The notes under the pieces are model-generated. The model ran no database searches, was not told the DNA's origin, and was given only the letters and a program-made list of their open reading frames with translations. Source: Eledone cirrhosa (Eukaryota). From it: 64,000 nucleotides of DNA. The position numbers and the translations under genes are program-made. The stretch's first letter is position 1, and each line of letters starts with the position of its first letter. Of the stretch, positions 38,690-52,851 are shown in pieces. Where the stretch lies: contig OZ024745.1 in the NCBI GenBank assembly GCA_964016885.1, positions 81,530,001 through 81,594,000 of the forward strand. Reading direction: 5' to 3'.

Positions 38690-41600
38690 AGTATAAGAGT
38701 TGGATGTGTGAATGCACGGGACCTGGGGAAACTCAGGGCAAACTCTTAAATGACCTCAGGTCGCACAGAGTGGATGTAATGGTTATTTGCGAGTCCAGGA
38801 TCAGCAGCGAGCGCAAACTGGCCCCCATCTTCGACGACTTTGAGATCTACGCATCTCTCTGTCAGCCGAGAGGTGGGGGTGGGGTTGTCGTTCTGCTGCG
38901 AAAATACCTGGGTCTTGCCACACAGAAGGTACACCTAGACCCGGAGGGTCGACTGGTGGTTTTAGACGTCGGCAGTGGTGAAGGTGGAGCTTTCAAGCTG
39001 GTGGCAGCGTATGCCCCATCTGGGACACCGCGACCGGACTTCTTCCGACGCCTGGAGAATTTCCTGAGAACGTCTCGCTCCTTGCTTTTAGTGGGGGATT
39101 GGAATGGTATCCTGGATGCACGTTGGGATTATGTAGGGGCATGTCCCGATAGAGGGGGGTGTAACATCCTCAAACGATTAATCGGCCGATTTGATCTGGC
39201 CGATAGATATCGACTAGATTTTCCGACTGTGCCACTGTGGACGTGGACTAATCGCAGCGGAACATCTAGGTCGTACCTAGATAGGTTCCTAGTTAGAAAT
39301 CAGGATAGGGACATATTAAGCTGTCCACGAATGTTCATGGTTGACTATTCGGATCACAAGTTGGTGACCGGAGTGGTCAACCTTGATATAACTCATAGAC
39401 AGGGACCCGGTTACTGGAAGGTAAACTTGTCTTTACCGACAAACAAAGCTTACAGTAAGCGGATTAGCACACTAGTTAAGCAGCGTTTGACGGGGGCAAT
39501 TGTCAACAGCAGGTGGTGGGGCTCTCTCAAGAGAGAAATCAGAATAGAATCGATAGGTTTTAGTCGGGAATTAGCATCAGATAGGAATAGAACCGAAAGG
39601 GAATTAATAAATAGAGTAGAAGAGGCGATTAGGAGTGGCAACGTGGCCGGCATGCTGGCGTCAAGAACGGCCCTAGACCAGTTCGTTGATGCGAAGCACG
39701 AGGGCTGCGTTGTCAGGAGTAAAATACGTGCTCTAGGTAACGAGGGAGCCAAAGCTGTTAGCTGGGCCGGAGTGACAGAGGCAAAAAGTGAGAACAAGTC
39801 CACGATTCGGTCTTTGAACCTGAGCGGATGAGCGTGATCCTTGAACCTGAGCGGATGAGCGCGACCTTTCAACGGCGCTTTGCACGACTGTTCGGGAGGG
39901 GAGGCGGGCTGGGTGAGGCCATGGATTTCGGTCCATATCTCGACGGTCTGGCGCGGCTCTCGGACGGGGAGGCGAAGTCCTGCGAGAGGCCGATTTCAGC
40001 CGCTGAAATAGGGGAAGCGCTGAGCCAATGCGGCAAATGCAAATCTCCGGGTCTCGATGGTCTACCATATGAACTTTATGTAGCGATGCCGGGCTTGTTC
40101 TCCGGTCTCCTCGAGGCGGTCTACTGCAACTGGCAACAGAACGGGAGAATTCCCAGTTCTGTGACCAAGGGCGTAGTCACGCTGGTGAGGAAGGACGAGA
40201 ACAAGGGGGATGACATAGATAACTTCAGGCCCATAACTCTGCTAAACACAGAGTTAAAGATTTTGGCCAAGGTGTTAGCGAAGAGGTTGGCGCTTGTCGT
40301 CGGGAACCTAGTGGGAGAAGCGCAGACACGCGCAATCCCGTCCAGGTCCATACACGACAACCTCCACCTCATGCGATACATCGTAGAGAGGGTAGGGAAC
40401 GAACCCGGCTTTGGTGGGGCCCTGATCAACTTGGATCAATCTAAGGCGTTGGATAGGGTTGACCATCGGTACCTGGATGCGGTGCTCGCGGCGGCAGGCT
40501 TCGGACCCGTTTTCAGGGTCTGGATTGCTGCAATGCACAGCAGCAACACCTGCTCGAGGGTCAAGGTGAACGGCTACCTCTCGGAGCCGTTCAAAATCAC
40601 GCGATCCATTCGACAGGGATGCCCTCTCTCCTCCCTCCTGTATGTGCTGGCTCTCGAGCCACTACTGCGGAAGTTAGAGCTGTTGCAGGGCATCCCCTTG
40701 GAACCGGGATTGCGGAAAGCGGTGTCCGCCTACGCCGATGACGTGACAGTAATGGTGTCGTGCGCCTCGGAAATCGGGCAGATCGGCACCTTACTGGAGG
40801 AATATGAAAGGTTCACAGGAGCCAAGCTGAACCGGGACAAGTCCGTCGGTGGAGGGGCAAAACGATGCCCTCCGACGGCATCGTCGGACGCTGGACGGAG
40901 GGACCGGTGAAGCTGCTCGGGGTCTGGTTCGGACCTCCAGGTGGAGAAAAACTGGGACGAGGTAACTGGCAAGGTCTTTGCACTCGCCCAGAAGTGGGCC
41001 GAGTGCAAACTATCCCTGAAAGGTCGAGCGGAGGTGGCGAACGCTTATATAGCGTCCGTCATCTACTACCGCTTGACCGTCGTGCCTTGCCCAGAGAAAA
41101 CACTCGCCAAAATGGAGCGCGCGCTCTTCCGATTTCTGTGGAAGAAGCCGGCGCCTTTGGTGAGAGGATCCATCTGCTGTCAACACCCTTCGAACGGAGG
41201 GATGGGGATGTCGTGGCTAACGATGCGTAGACACGCATTATGGCTACGGCACCTCCAGGTATTCCTCACCGGTTAGCCGGTGTGGGCCCTGTTTGTGAGG
41301 CGAGCCTTTCCGAGACTCGTCTCACTCACCGAGCTGCAATCCTGGGTCAAGCAAAGACCGAGAAAAGTTGGCGACTGGCACATTGAATGTGCCCAGGCGC
41401 TCACGGCCCTCTGGCAAGCGGATCCGGCAATCAGTGGAGACTCAACCTCAACATTCTATAGAGGGTTGGTGCGCAGTAAGTGCGACGACGCTCTCGGAGA
41501 GGCTCTGGGCATGGAGGAAGACGAGCTGGTCAGTCTGTTCGGTAAGACGTTTGGCCCGGGACCGATGGACAACTTCCCAAAGACTCTGGCTTGGCAATGT

Positions 41601-42092
41601 TACCGAGGAGCTCTACCCGTTCGGTACAAGCTCTACAGACACGGGCGCCCGGGTAGGGACCCCTCGAAGAAGATCTGTCCAAGATGCGTGCGTGACGAGG
41701 AAACCGTCGCACACGCATTCGTACACTGCCCGGGCGTTGCTGACGTGTGGGGCTATGTAGAACGACTACTGTCGCGGGTGGGACCAATCCGGTTGACCAC
41801 CGAGAAAATTGTCACGATCAAACCGCCTCCCCCTTTTAAAAACGAAGGAGAGGCGGTTTTTCTCTGTGTGATAGCCATGGCGAAAGAAGTTGTATGGTGG
41901 ACAAGGTTGAAAGGGTTGAGGTCAGACACCTTTCTCTCCGGCCAACAACTGGTCTTTTTTTTCAAGTACCACTTTAGAAGAAGGATCAGAATGGAGAGAG
42001 AGGTGCTCTACTCCAGCAAGTTTTATGAAAGATGGGTGAAAGTAGCGAGAATGGCCCGAGTGAATGGGCTTTCTCTCTATATCAGCCTGTAG
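38690..42092 (+). pseudogene. Tx1-like ORF2 (APE endonuclease, RT, CCHC), frameshifted with stops
   Basis: GGGGVVVL, AAYAPS, LVGDWN, SYLDRF, SDHK, GPGYWKVN, KSPGLDGLPYELY, NFRPITLLNTELKILAK, LDQSKALDRV, RQGCPLS, AYADDV, CPRC..ETVAHAFVHC. Confidence 0.92.
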
Positions 42093-42885
42093 GTGAGAGA
42101 GGAGAAGAATGAGAAGAGGAAGGAAGCACCCGCTCTTTGTGCTCCTGAAGAGGAGGGTTGCGCATGTTTTCGGGGGGGGGGGGGGGGGGTGCGACCCATG
42201 TCAACGCCCTTCCCTATTGAGGACATCGATTGTTAAATTTAATTTGTTATATGTTTTTTACACGTCTTTTTAAATGTATGTAAACTCCTACTTTGTATTT
42301 GTTCCAATCTTTGATGCCCTGGTAGCAAATAAATAGAAATTTATATCAATTAGCACCAAACTTCAATTGTCACCAAACTCTCGCCCTCTCTACGTCAACC
42401 ATACAACACTCTCTCAATACCCCTCTCTATATCAATTAACGACAAACTCTCCCCTCCCCTCTGTGTATCTACTACACGGGCCTTTCTTCAAATACCTCTC
42501 TCTATATCAATAAACATCAATTTCTCCCCCCTCTCTATATCTAATATACAACACACTCTCCTAACCTTCCTCGCTATATCAATTACCACCAAACTCTCCC
42601 CCTCTCTATATCTATATTTATCTCTCCCATCTGTCTCTACATAACATGTACATAAATTGCAGCGCATATACAAATAGATGTGTTTGGATAGTTTGGGGAG
42701 AAAGATATTTTTAGGGAGGTGGGGGTGACATATCCCCCCCCCCCTCCTGGCCCCCCAGTTCCACCGCCCTGAAAACTCTGTCCACGTGTCGACAATCAAC
42801 ATTTTCTTTCTTAGCCAATAATGTTAACAAAGTGTTTAACAAGGATAGAGTCGTATATGAAAGCATATATAATGTTTATATATAA

Positions 42886-43590
42886 CTAGCAGTGTATCCA
42901 GGCGTTGCACGGGTAAGAACATTGGTAATAGCACCTCCAATGAGAGACGTTTATTTGTGAGTGCCTGTTAAAAACTCACGAAAATATACCGACAAGAAAC
43001 TTGTTTTATTTGGAGAAAATTAAGAAGTTGAAAGTACAGTTTAGCTGTCTACGTGCATTGTTCATAGAAATATTGTTGAGCCCCTTCTTTTCATACTCCT
43101 CTGTTTTGGCCTTTTGGAGTAAATGTGAAAGAGAAAGTCACAAGTTAAGTTGGCAGAAGGTTCCAGTGTCATAGCAGTAAGGCGTAGGCTACTTATCTCA
43201 AAAGTTCATTCGCACTCTTTCCACTAAGTTACTCTTTCTCTCTATCCCTCTTGGTGCAGTCCCTTGCGAATTTCTCGCGTGGACCTGGTGTAGATTTGCA
43301 CTCGATCCATCTTCCCGATGCACATGTCCGCTTTGTATGGCTTTTGGAGGAAGGAGTGACCAGCAGTACGTTGTTCGGTATTATTACGAAAAGGTGTAGC
43401 AGAGAATCCCGCCCGCATGAACTAAAAGCTCGGGGGGAAACCGCTTACCTAGAAGATTCATTTGCCATCATTCTTGTCAATGCTCCGTTTAGTTGGTATT
43501 TGTTGGTCTACAGTTAAATGAATGGCGCACAAAGGGTTAATGTTTATTGGCAAGAAGTGTAACTGGGTTGGCTTGCCTCGCTTATATTAT
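42886..43590 (-). mobile_element. Putative non-autonomous Helitron (3' end at 42886)
   Basis: Minus strand ends tacccgtgc(aac)gcctggata-cactg-CTAG|T, a subterminal hairpin plus CTAG. The 5' boundary is uncertain. Confidence 0.45.
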
Positions 43591-44223
43591 ATATTAAAAT
43601 AACAGATTAAAGTTTAAGCAAAGAATCGCTGCTTTCACCCTTAACGGGATCTTCTGAAACTAAAAAAATCAATCTGTGAACGCAGAAGTAAATATTTCGA
43701 AAAACGTTGCAACCGAAGGAAAACAGGAAGACGATACTTTGGTTCGTGAAGACGTTTCTTGGCAATGAACGGAAAATAGCGAACATAATACGTCATCAAT
43801 GTTTGTCAGAATGTCGTAATGCAGACAGCCAGGCATACAGACAGATATTATAAGGGCGCGACGGAGATGGATAACCGGCGCCTAACACACCTTTATAAAC
43901 AGAAAATTGAAAAATAAAAGCTGCAGTTAATATCTTTAGACCGCAAGGAATATATAAATGCAAGTTTGAAGTCAATCGGAGTAGAAATGTGGATTTGTAT
44001 AGACTTTGCAAAAATGAGGACACACAGACAACTACAGTTTTATATATATGTATAGATATAGATGTATAGATAAACATACAACGTGTTTGCTTTTTACGCG
44101 AAGATGCGTCACTTAACGCGGTGCGTAAAGTAAATTCGCGTAATTCAAGTCTATTTTTCTCATAAATAAAAAATTTAAAAAACACGCGTTATAGCGCGTT
44201 ATTCGCACAAAGTGAATATCTAA
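43590..44223 (+). mobile_element. Putative second non-autonomous Helitron
   Basis: 3' hairpin tattcgc(acaaa)gtgaata followed by CTAA|T (CTRR). Its first ~62 bp recur exactly, inverted, at ~26216-26278. Confidence 0.35.
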
Positions 44224-44320
44224 TAATTGTTTCTACCTTTGGCACAAGGCCAGCAATTACCCAGTGCATTACTGGTACTTTATTTTATCAACGCCCGTAA
44301 GGATGAAAGGCAAAGTTAAA
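44224..44320 (-). mobile_element. SINE 3' fragment (OK/OR-like family)
   Basis: Matches 61804-61900. Confidence 0.75.
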
Positions 44321-45002
44321 TAAGAGGTGTTAAAGCGAACAGACTACGTAAGTTTCGCTGTAGGTACTTAAGTAGCCTTGTGACACAATATATTACTCAC
44401 ATATGTACTGTCTCTTCCCACTTCTTATATCACTACCTCAACAGTTCCAGCTCTTTTCTTCTGTTCAATCTGCATACGATTTCTATCCAAACCACCTGAC
44501 ATTCCTTCTACATCTCATTTTCGATACTTCACACTAAGAACTTCCTCCAACAGTTTCTACTTTTGGTAATCTTCTCTTTGCCCGTGTTTCACCTTATGGT
44601 TCTTCCCTATAATCGCACACATCTCACAAGTCCCGGAGGGTCTCCCCTCGCTTCCTCTGGTTGATTACAAGAAAAAGCATAACCAAATTGTCATTAACAC
44701 ACTATTACATATCTATCTAGCCACATATCTACAGGGAGATATTATTGACTGCAAACGGACGATTTAATATAAGTGTTTTGTGACTTAATTTATAATTAGT
44801 ATTCTTTTTTATAGATCGATTTTTCGAACAAGTATGTTTAAAGATGGTTGGTGCCGAGTCAATCATGATGAAGGAGAATACTATTTTGTATACAAAACTT
44901 CATATACACGCATATACACAAATGCACACACATATACACACATACACACACGCACATACACATATACACATACATAGACACACACACATACATTTACACA
45001 CC

Positions 45003-45445
45003 GTTTAGCGAAAGATGTTGTGTGGTGGGCGCCTCGGAAACAACTGAAGACAGACACTTTGTTGTTAGGTCAAGCACTCATCAATTTTTTCAAGTTCCAC
45101 TTGGACAGAAAGATGAGGGTGGAGAGGAAAGTGCTGCTTCTTCCTCCGTATATTTGTTAAAATGCGGGGGAGTATAACCAGGATGTTCGAAGTGAATGGA
45201 TCACCTCTGAGCATCCACCTCTAGGCAGAGAGGTGGGGCATCTTCATAGGGTGTTCTTGGCTATTAGGGTGGTTTTAGATCTGTAGGGTTCCTAAACTAC
45301 GCTCATTGAAGAATTCTGTTATTTTAGTTTATTGTTATTTTGTTACCTGTTTTCTTTGTTTACACGATTAAATACATGTAAATCCTCACTGTCCTTGTCC
45401 ATCTGTATTGTCCCCTGTTTTTCAGCCCTAGTGGCCAATAAAGAA
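45003..45445 (+). mobile_element. 3' fragment of a diverged Tx1-like LINE
   Basis: Aligns to 41878-42335: gcgaaaga.gttgt.tggtgg, cagacac, ttttttcaagt.ccactt, gtgaatgg, tgtaaa..ctc..tgtattg...ccct.gt.gc.aataaa. Confidence 0.7.
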
Positions 45446-45484
45446 ATCATCATCATCATCATCATCATTATTGTTATTATTATT

Positions 45485-45685
45485 GTGGATTGGCAGTACC
45501 GGTACATGCTTTGCGGCATAGAGTTACGCCTCTTTACGTTCTAATTTCAAATCTAGCTGAGGTTAGCTTTACTTTTCATCCTTATGGGTCGATAAAATAA
45601 AGCACCAGTAATGCACTGTAGACGATTTAATCGACTTTCCCTTCCCTCTTCAAATTGCTGGCCTTGTGCCTAAAGTAGAAACCAT
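45485..45685 (+). mobile_element. SINE (OK/OR-like family)
   Basis: ttcaaatc..gctgaggt...ttttcatcc...gtcgataaaataaagcaccagt...gctggccttgtgcctaaagtagaaac. Confidence 0.72.
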
Positions 45686-45699
45686 TATTATTATTATTT

Positions 45700-47805
45700 A
45701 TTTTATTTTATTTATTTTGTTTTGTTTTCGTAACGCTTTTGTTCTGGCAGATGTTATACCTACACTATACCAAAAGAGCGAGCCATAGCCACCGGCCAAA
45801 TGTCCTTTGGGTCATTCCTTCTCCAGCTTTCCAACACCCTTCTTAGAATTCTTGCTGTTCCCAGCAAGGTTGCTTTCTGCAATAATCCTGTCCTGATGGT
45901 AATTCCTAGCTTCTCAAGCCATGCATCCAACCTTTTACTAACTGCTCCCACAATTGGTACCACTTCTATCTGTCTGATTATCCATAGTTTCCTGATTTCT
46001 CTCTTCAGCTCTTGGTATTTCTCAACTTTCTCACTTTCCTTCTCATTCATCCTGTGGTCCCGCGGCGAAGCAATGCCCACACTACATACTTTGTTATTCT
46101 TCTTTTCTATGACAACAATGTCAGGCTTTCTAGCCACGAAAATATGGTCACATTGGATGGTCATGTCCCACAAGATATTATACTGTTCCTTTTCAGCCAC
46201 TCTTTCATGGTTGGTGTTTATACCATTTCTTACTTCTGCTCATGTCATTCTTATGGCAGAGCTTCCAATGAACCAATCTGGCAATGTTGTCATGCCATCT
46301 CTTGTACTCGTTCTGAGCAAACATCTTACATTCACTAATAATGTGGTTTATTGTCTCACCTTTATCACCACACAACCTACAAAGTAGGGAATTCACTGAC
46401 TGGTCAATTTTGAACTTGATATAGTTCGTTTTCAGTACATGTTCTTTTGCTGCAAAATAAGGACTTCAGTTTCAGTTTTTAAGTCACTTTTCCTAGTCCA
46501 TTCCCAGTTCTTATCTTTGTCAAATGTCTCAGGCATTTCATGTAAGAATTGACCATACATTTTTTCTTCCATCTATTCAATGTGTCATTCTGTCTGTCTT
46601 GTTTAAATTCTCCCTTTTCCTTTGCTACATCACTGTTTAGGACCTTTATCTCGCTTACTCCTGCCATCAATCTCTTCTTTGAATTCTTTACATACCATAC
46701 CAGATTATTTTCCTCCGACTTCACACACATTTCACAGCTAATGAGGCCTCACCTCCTCTCTGTCGTGATAGATACAACTTGTCCACATCACCTTTGAAGT
46801 GTAGAGCCCCTAGTAGTGTATTCATTTTCTTGGTCTTTCTATCAAGCTCCTTAAGTTCACATCTCCACTCTATCACACTAGCGCTATACCTTAGGGTTGC
46901 AACAGCCCATGTGTTGATAGCCAGTATCTTATTCCTACCACACAACTTCATTTTAAACACGAATTTCAGTCCCCATTTATATTCCTTTGACAATAGTTTT
47001 TTCATTTGATTTGTTTCCAGGATGCCTAAGTACTTATATTGATGTCATCAATTTCCTTCATAACTTCTCCATCTGATAATTCAATTCCTTCCATCTTATT
47101 GATTCTACCGCGCATCAGTAGTAGCCCCCAACACTTATTTATGCCAAATTCCGTTTCTTTGTTCGCACTGAATGAATGAACTGTGTGTACAAGGGAATCA
47201 ATATGTGCATAGGATTTCCCATAAAGCTTTATGTCATCCATGAAGCTGCAAGTGATTTATCTTAAACTCGCGTCATCCCCACTCGTAACCAGTCTTTGAC
47301 CTCAACACCAATGTAAGTGAAACCAAACTGAATACAAACAACAAAAGTAAAAGACTGTCTCCCTGTAATATCCTCTCTTGATCTTCACAACTCCCAATAT
47401 TTGTCTACATAATCTCAGTTTAGTCTTCCAACAATCCATATAGCTCACCACAAACTGTCTAACGTTAGCTGCAATACCAAACATTTTCAAACATTCTATA
47501 ATCCAATTATGTAGCACCATGTCATAAGCCTTGCGGGAATTGATCCAGGCCATGGCAAGATTTGTGCGTCTCCTTTTACAATATTTAAGGATTGCTTTAT
47601 CAATTAACAATTGATCCTTAGTCCCCCTGCTTCTTCTCCTACATCCCTTCTGCTCTGCAAGTAGTGTCTCCTCCAAGTATTCATATATTGCTTCAGCAAT
47701 GACACCTGTCATACGTTTCCACATCAGAGGGGGGCAAGAGATAGGTCTAAAGTTGTTAACTGCATTTCCATTGATGGAGTCCTTCAAACACAAGATCGTT
47801 CTCCA
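45700..47805 (-). mobile_element. Decayed R4/Dong-clade LINE (RT and restriction-like endonuclease)
   Basis: [78 protein letters not shown]...RKPDIVV...EKVEKYQEL...LQKATLLGT. Confidence 0.9.
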
Positions 47806-48499
47806 TTATCTGCTCTTTATTTCATTACAGCTAGATTAGCTATATAAATATCTTTTATCGTCTGTAGTATTGTCTAGATCACATTATTGGAGTCTGTCCT
47901 TCTCTAGTTTATATTCATAAAAAGGGTTAATTCTGTACTACAAACTTAACTCTCGGGAAAGCTGGACAGAAGAAGGTCTTCAGAGAAGTGTTTCGGATCT
48001 TAACTCCTTACACTCAAAGAGGACCGGGCCGCATCCAGGTCACAACTCTCGGGTGCTCTTCTGTTATACCTTTTAACTACTTGGATATCGGAGACTAGTT
48101 GTCCATTAAAACCGTATGGGTATCGCTTTTGTCCCTCCTGGACAAGATCCAGCTGGAATTCCTCTCTGCTGCATCTGCTACATACAACCAATATACAAGT
48201 ATAGAAAAATAACGTTGGTAGTCATTTATAAGAAGAATCTGTAACATATTAACTGCTATCGGAGCGGAGTCGACTACCCACAGAAGTGAGTCTCGCAAGT
48301 TGGAGTGGCTGTTCCAACGCCTCTTCCGCGCCATCCTCTGGGGCAACATCTTCTCTATTCTGTCCGCTGGGACCACGAGGCTGACTAACCCTTAAACAGT
48401 GAGATGTTAAACATGTTGAATATTTATGTCATATACATACTTTACTACAAGCATTTATAAACATTTATTCATCGTTTTTACATATATATATGCTTGTTT

Positions 48500-48544
<45 letters not shown>

Positions 48545-48548
48545 CACG

Positions 48549-48597
<49 letters not shown>

Positions 48598-48601
48598 ACA
48601 T

Positions 48602-48648
<47 letters not shown>

Positions 48649-48652
<4 letters not shown>

Positions 48653-48770
48653 AACAAGTAAGACCCCGACGGCTGAGCTCAAGCCGTTTCGACGGCTAAT
48701 TCTGTACTGCATTACAGAATTAGCCGTCGAAACGGCTTGAGCTCAGCCGTCGGGGTCTTACTTGTTCCTA
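48649..48770. repeat. Perfect hairpin (58-bp arms, 6-nt loop) between (TA)n arrays
   Basis: taggaacaagtaagaccccgacggctgagctcaagccgtttcgacggctaattctgta-ctgcat, followed by its exact reverse complement. Confidence 0.9.
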
Positions 48771-48847
48771 TTACCCACTCTACTACCCTAAGTATTGAGT
48801 ACTTTGGTGCGTTATGGTCCACCTGGTTCCTTACCACATTTCCTTCG

Positions 48848-48900
<53 letters not shown>

Positions 48901-49063
48901 CGTAGTTGAAGTATATATTTATGTAGGCTGGGCTATTAAGATATCATTGTTTAAATACATGTCAGCTATTTCATACAATCCCCCGGGGAGGGGGGTGGAA
49001 ACAAACCAAATTGACCCCATCCCCGGCTGGATTAGAAAACCTAAATGTCAAGGGACTGGCTTA

Positions 49064-49391
49064 AAGAAGAAGAAGAAGAAGAAGAAGAAGAAGAAGAGAA
49101 GAAGAAGAAGAAGAAGAAGAAGAAGAAGAAGAAGAAGAAGAAGAAGAAGAAGAAGAAGAAGAAGAAGAAGAAGAAGAAGAAGAAGAAGAAGAAGAAGAAG
49201 AAGGAGGAGAAGGAGAAGAAGAAGAAGAAGAAGAAGAAGAAGAAGAAGAAGAAGAAGAAGAAGAAGGAGGAGGAGAAGGAGAAGAAGAAGAAGAAGAAGA
49301 AGAAGAAGAAGAAGAAGAAGGAGGAGGAGGAGGAGAAGGAGAAGAAGAAGAAGAAGAAGAAGAAGAAGAAGAAGAAGAAGAAGAAGAAGAA
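49064..49391 (+). repeat. (AAG)n/(GAG)n purine tract
   Basis: Directly visible; the source of the poly-R/poly-K ORFs. Confidence 0.95.
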
Positions 49392-49889
49392 ACTATAACG
49401 TTTGTTAAGGTTGGGTTTTTTTTAAACTAAAGTTGATCATTTTCTCTCTCTTTCTAAGCATTTGCGGACAAAGCATTTGTGGCATTCCGCCTTGATACAT
49501 GATACTATGTAGACTATGTAAAGAATGTGGGCAGAAAATATGTTTGGAGTTTCATCGGTGTTGTCTTTCTGTTTGTACGGAGAACAAGCTGTCTGCTAGA
49601 AGATGAGGGTCATTGCTTTTGACAGTAGTACAATTTTCTTTGTTATAGAACCAGATTGCTATGCAAATTAAAAATGTTATTATTATTATTTATTTGGGAG
49701 GGAAGGAGACTTCTTTTTTGTTTCATTCACTGTTATATTCGTATATTGTGTGTGTTTTTAAGAAAGTAAAATAAAATAAAATAAATAGAATAGAGTGAAA
49801 TAGTAAGCAATGTTGTTGAGAAATCTTTCCTCAAATCGTAATACACACTCACCCCCACCCACGGACACATATATACATGTACATACCCC

Positions 49890-50364
<475 letters not shown>

Positions 50365-50945
50365 ATAAATTATCGAGATTCGCATTTCGGCCCACGAAAT
50401 AACGAAAAACAACCTCCGACCGAGATGTGCGGCAAGTGCTCAATGATTCAGATGAACCAGAGCTATAACAAACGTTAAAGGCCAAACACACTGAGACGAT
50501 GGTTAAGCAATCATTCGCATAGCCAAAAAAAAAAACGATCAAGTAATTCGGGTATTGAAAATTTACCCGGACCCCTGGAAGATTGGTAAAATCCAGTATA
50601 TGGGTTTCTGTGGCTCCTAAATCAAGTACCGTCCGCTTACATAAATAATGTCAGGCTTCTGGTAAGATGATTGAACAAGGAAGACACTTTCTTAACAGGT
50701 TTTAGTTCAATGTTAATACAAGGACTGACTATTGCTGACCCCACTTGGGGATCGGCAAGGGAGGCAACCCCTATATCAGGCGAATGAAATTCAGTTGTGT
50801 ATATTTTTGCAAGAATGCAAAAACATCATAAATCGAATAGAGTTCTCAACAGAAGGGTTAAAATTAACATAAGCTATTCATCAGTCAATAGAATCAACTA
50901 TAAAATCAAGAAAATTAACTGGTCAATAGCTATATATATCAATAG

Positions 50946-50983
<38 letters not shown>

Positions 50984-52457
50984 ACCATGTACTTGCTTAT
51001 GGCTGTCGAACCAGTCCGATGATGACCACCACCTATATTGTGAATATTTTTTGTGATTGTTTACACAGAAAACCTATACCATGCTGGTGATGTCCACCCT
51101 TTGGATAACTCTTCAAGAATAAAAGTATAGCTCATACCAACCTTATGAAAGAAACCCTTTCCCAGTTATACTGATCTCGTCGAATGTAGTAAAATCTACA
51201 CTGTAGTACCTCAGTGACAAGCCTAACTGATATGTTATGTTCCTTGATTTTATGACCACTATGCAGAATGTTCTGCCAAGCGTGGCTTGCTGCTCAAGAA
51301 CGGAGCTAAATGGAAGGTCTTGGCATACATATTCTAGGTTGTTCCCTGGAAGAGGGTTACTTAGTCACACCAAGATCTGCCAGGGACACCAACCCAACTC
51401 AATCATAGCTGCCAACGACGTTGTATTGCATCAATGACGTGTAGAGTTCTGACTAGATGCTTCCAACTCATTCCAATCTGTTCTATTTAGCAGACTCTCC
51501 ATCATCACCAAACTTTTTTTTTGGGGGGGGGGGTCCAAGATTGGAGATCCACATAGCAGAAGACACCTGCACAATGAGACGCTTGACTGACATTAGAGGT
51601 ACACATTTTTCAGTATTGCTACCTTTGCTGTGAGGGAGATAGATCTAGTGACAAGCGTGACCGATCAACACTGGTGCATCTTTGCAGCTGTAGGGGGCTG
51701 CTGGAAACCCAGTCTGTGGGAAAACAACTTAAGTGTGACCACTAAGTATGTTTTTTTCTATCAGGCTATATTCTCTAGGCTTTGTATTCCTGTAACCAAT
51801 CACAAGGCAGTAGAACAGTGATTAATAAGTTCCGGTGCATATTCACCAGAGTGGACACTGTCTTTGAGCACCAATGTTCCGCAAAGATCCCCTGCCAGCT
51901 TATCATGGAGCCACAAAGAATCCGGTTACTGTGTGTGACCAGGAGATCTTTGGCCCCACCAATAATCATATTTTTCTCCCCAAACTGCCATAACACACAT
52001 TTATTTGTATATGCGCTACAATTTATGTACATGTTATGTAGAGACAGATGGGAGAGATAGATATAGATATAGATATAGAGAGGGGGAAAGTTTGGTGGTA
52101 ATTGATATAGAGAGGATGGTTGGGAGAGTGGGTTGTATATTAGATATAGAGAGGGGGATAGACTGATGTTTATTGACACAGAGAGAGGAATTTGAAGTGA
52201 GTTATGTGTAGTAGATATAGAGAGGGAGAGAGTTTGGCGCTAATTGATATATGAATGAAATATGAATGAAATATGTAAAATAACTTGCGTTTGTTATCAT
52301 TATTAAATAAAATATGTAATATATCATACTCTGTATCTGAAAGATTGACTCAGCCAAACACGGAACCAATCTCGGGATCCCACTAAACTACATGCTAATG
52401 GACGGATTACATTGAGTGCTAACTACGGTATAGACCCTACCACGAAAAGTAGACCAC

Positions 52458-52505
<48 letters not shown>

Positions 52506-52609
52506 ATAAATTGGGTATAATACCAGTTTCTTACCAAATGCGAAATAGCTCGATATGTTAACCCCTTAGGAAAGGGCACAGAGCATAATTTTTTAAAATT
52601 ATATATATA

Positions 52610-52851
52610 CAGTGGAGGTGAGACTGGGGGGGCATGCTCCTCTCTAATAATTATATGTTCTCTATAAAATACCAAAACACACATCTATTTGGATATGCGC
52701 TACAATTTATATACATGTTATGTTTATCGCATATCGAAGTTTTCTGGCCATTTTAGAGTGTAAAGAGCTAAACTAATCACTACAACTAAACTGTCCAAAT
52801 CCCCCCACCCCCCCGCCGCCTCCCTCGTTCAGAAATGTTCCACCGCCCCTG
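52610..52851. mobile_element. Putative MITE with CAG(T/G)GG(A/C)GGTG-like termini
   Basis: cagtggaggtg ... gttccaccgcccctg. The same terminus occurs at ~42757-42771, and an internal block is shared with 42640-42687 and 51993-52040. Confidence 0.4.

Larger units (their letters stand above)
36691..42341 (+). mobile_element. Near-full-length Tx1/L1-clade LINE inserted in the minisatellite
   Basis: ORF1 with a Gag-like zinc knuckle, ORF2 with APE, RT and zf-RVT, 3' UTR. Possible TSD tatatcaatta(c/g)cac. Confidence 0.88.

Noticed and set aside
39813-39862. 27-bp tandem duplication splitting Tx1 ORF2 into separate EN and RT ORFs
   Set aside because: A copy-specific slippage lesion explains it better than a real three-ORF architecture.
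50580-51930. Non-repetitive stretch with faint minus-strand LINE-like motifs
   Set aside because: Too degenerate to assign; no supported ORF.
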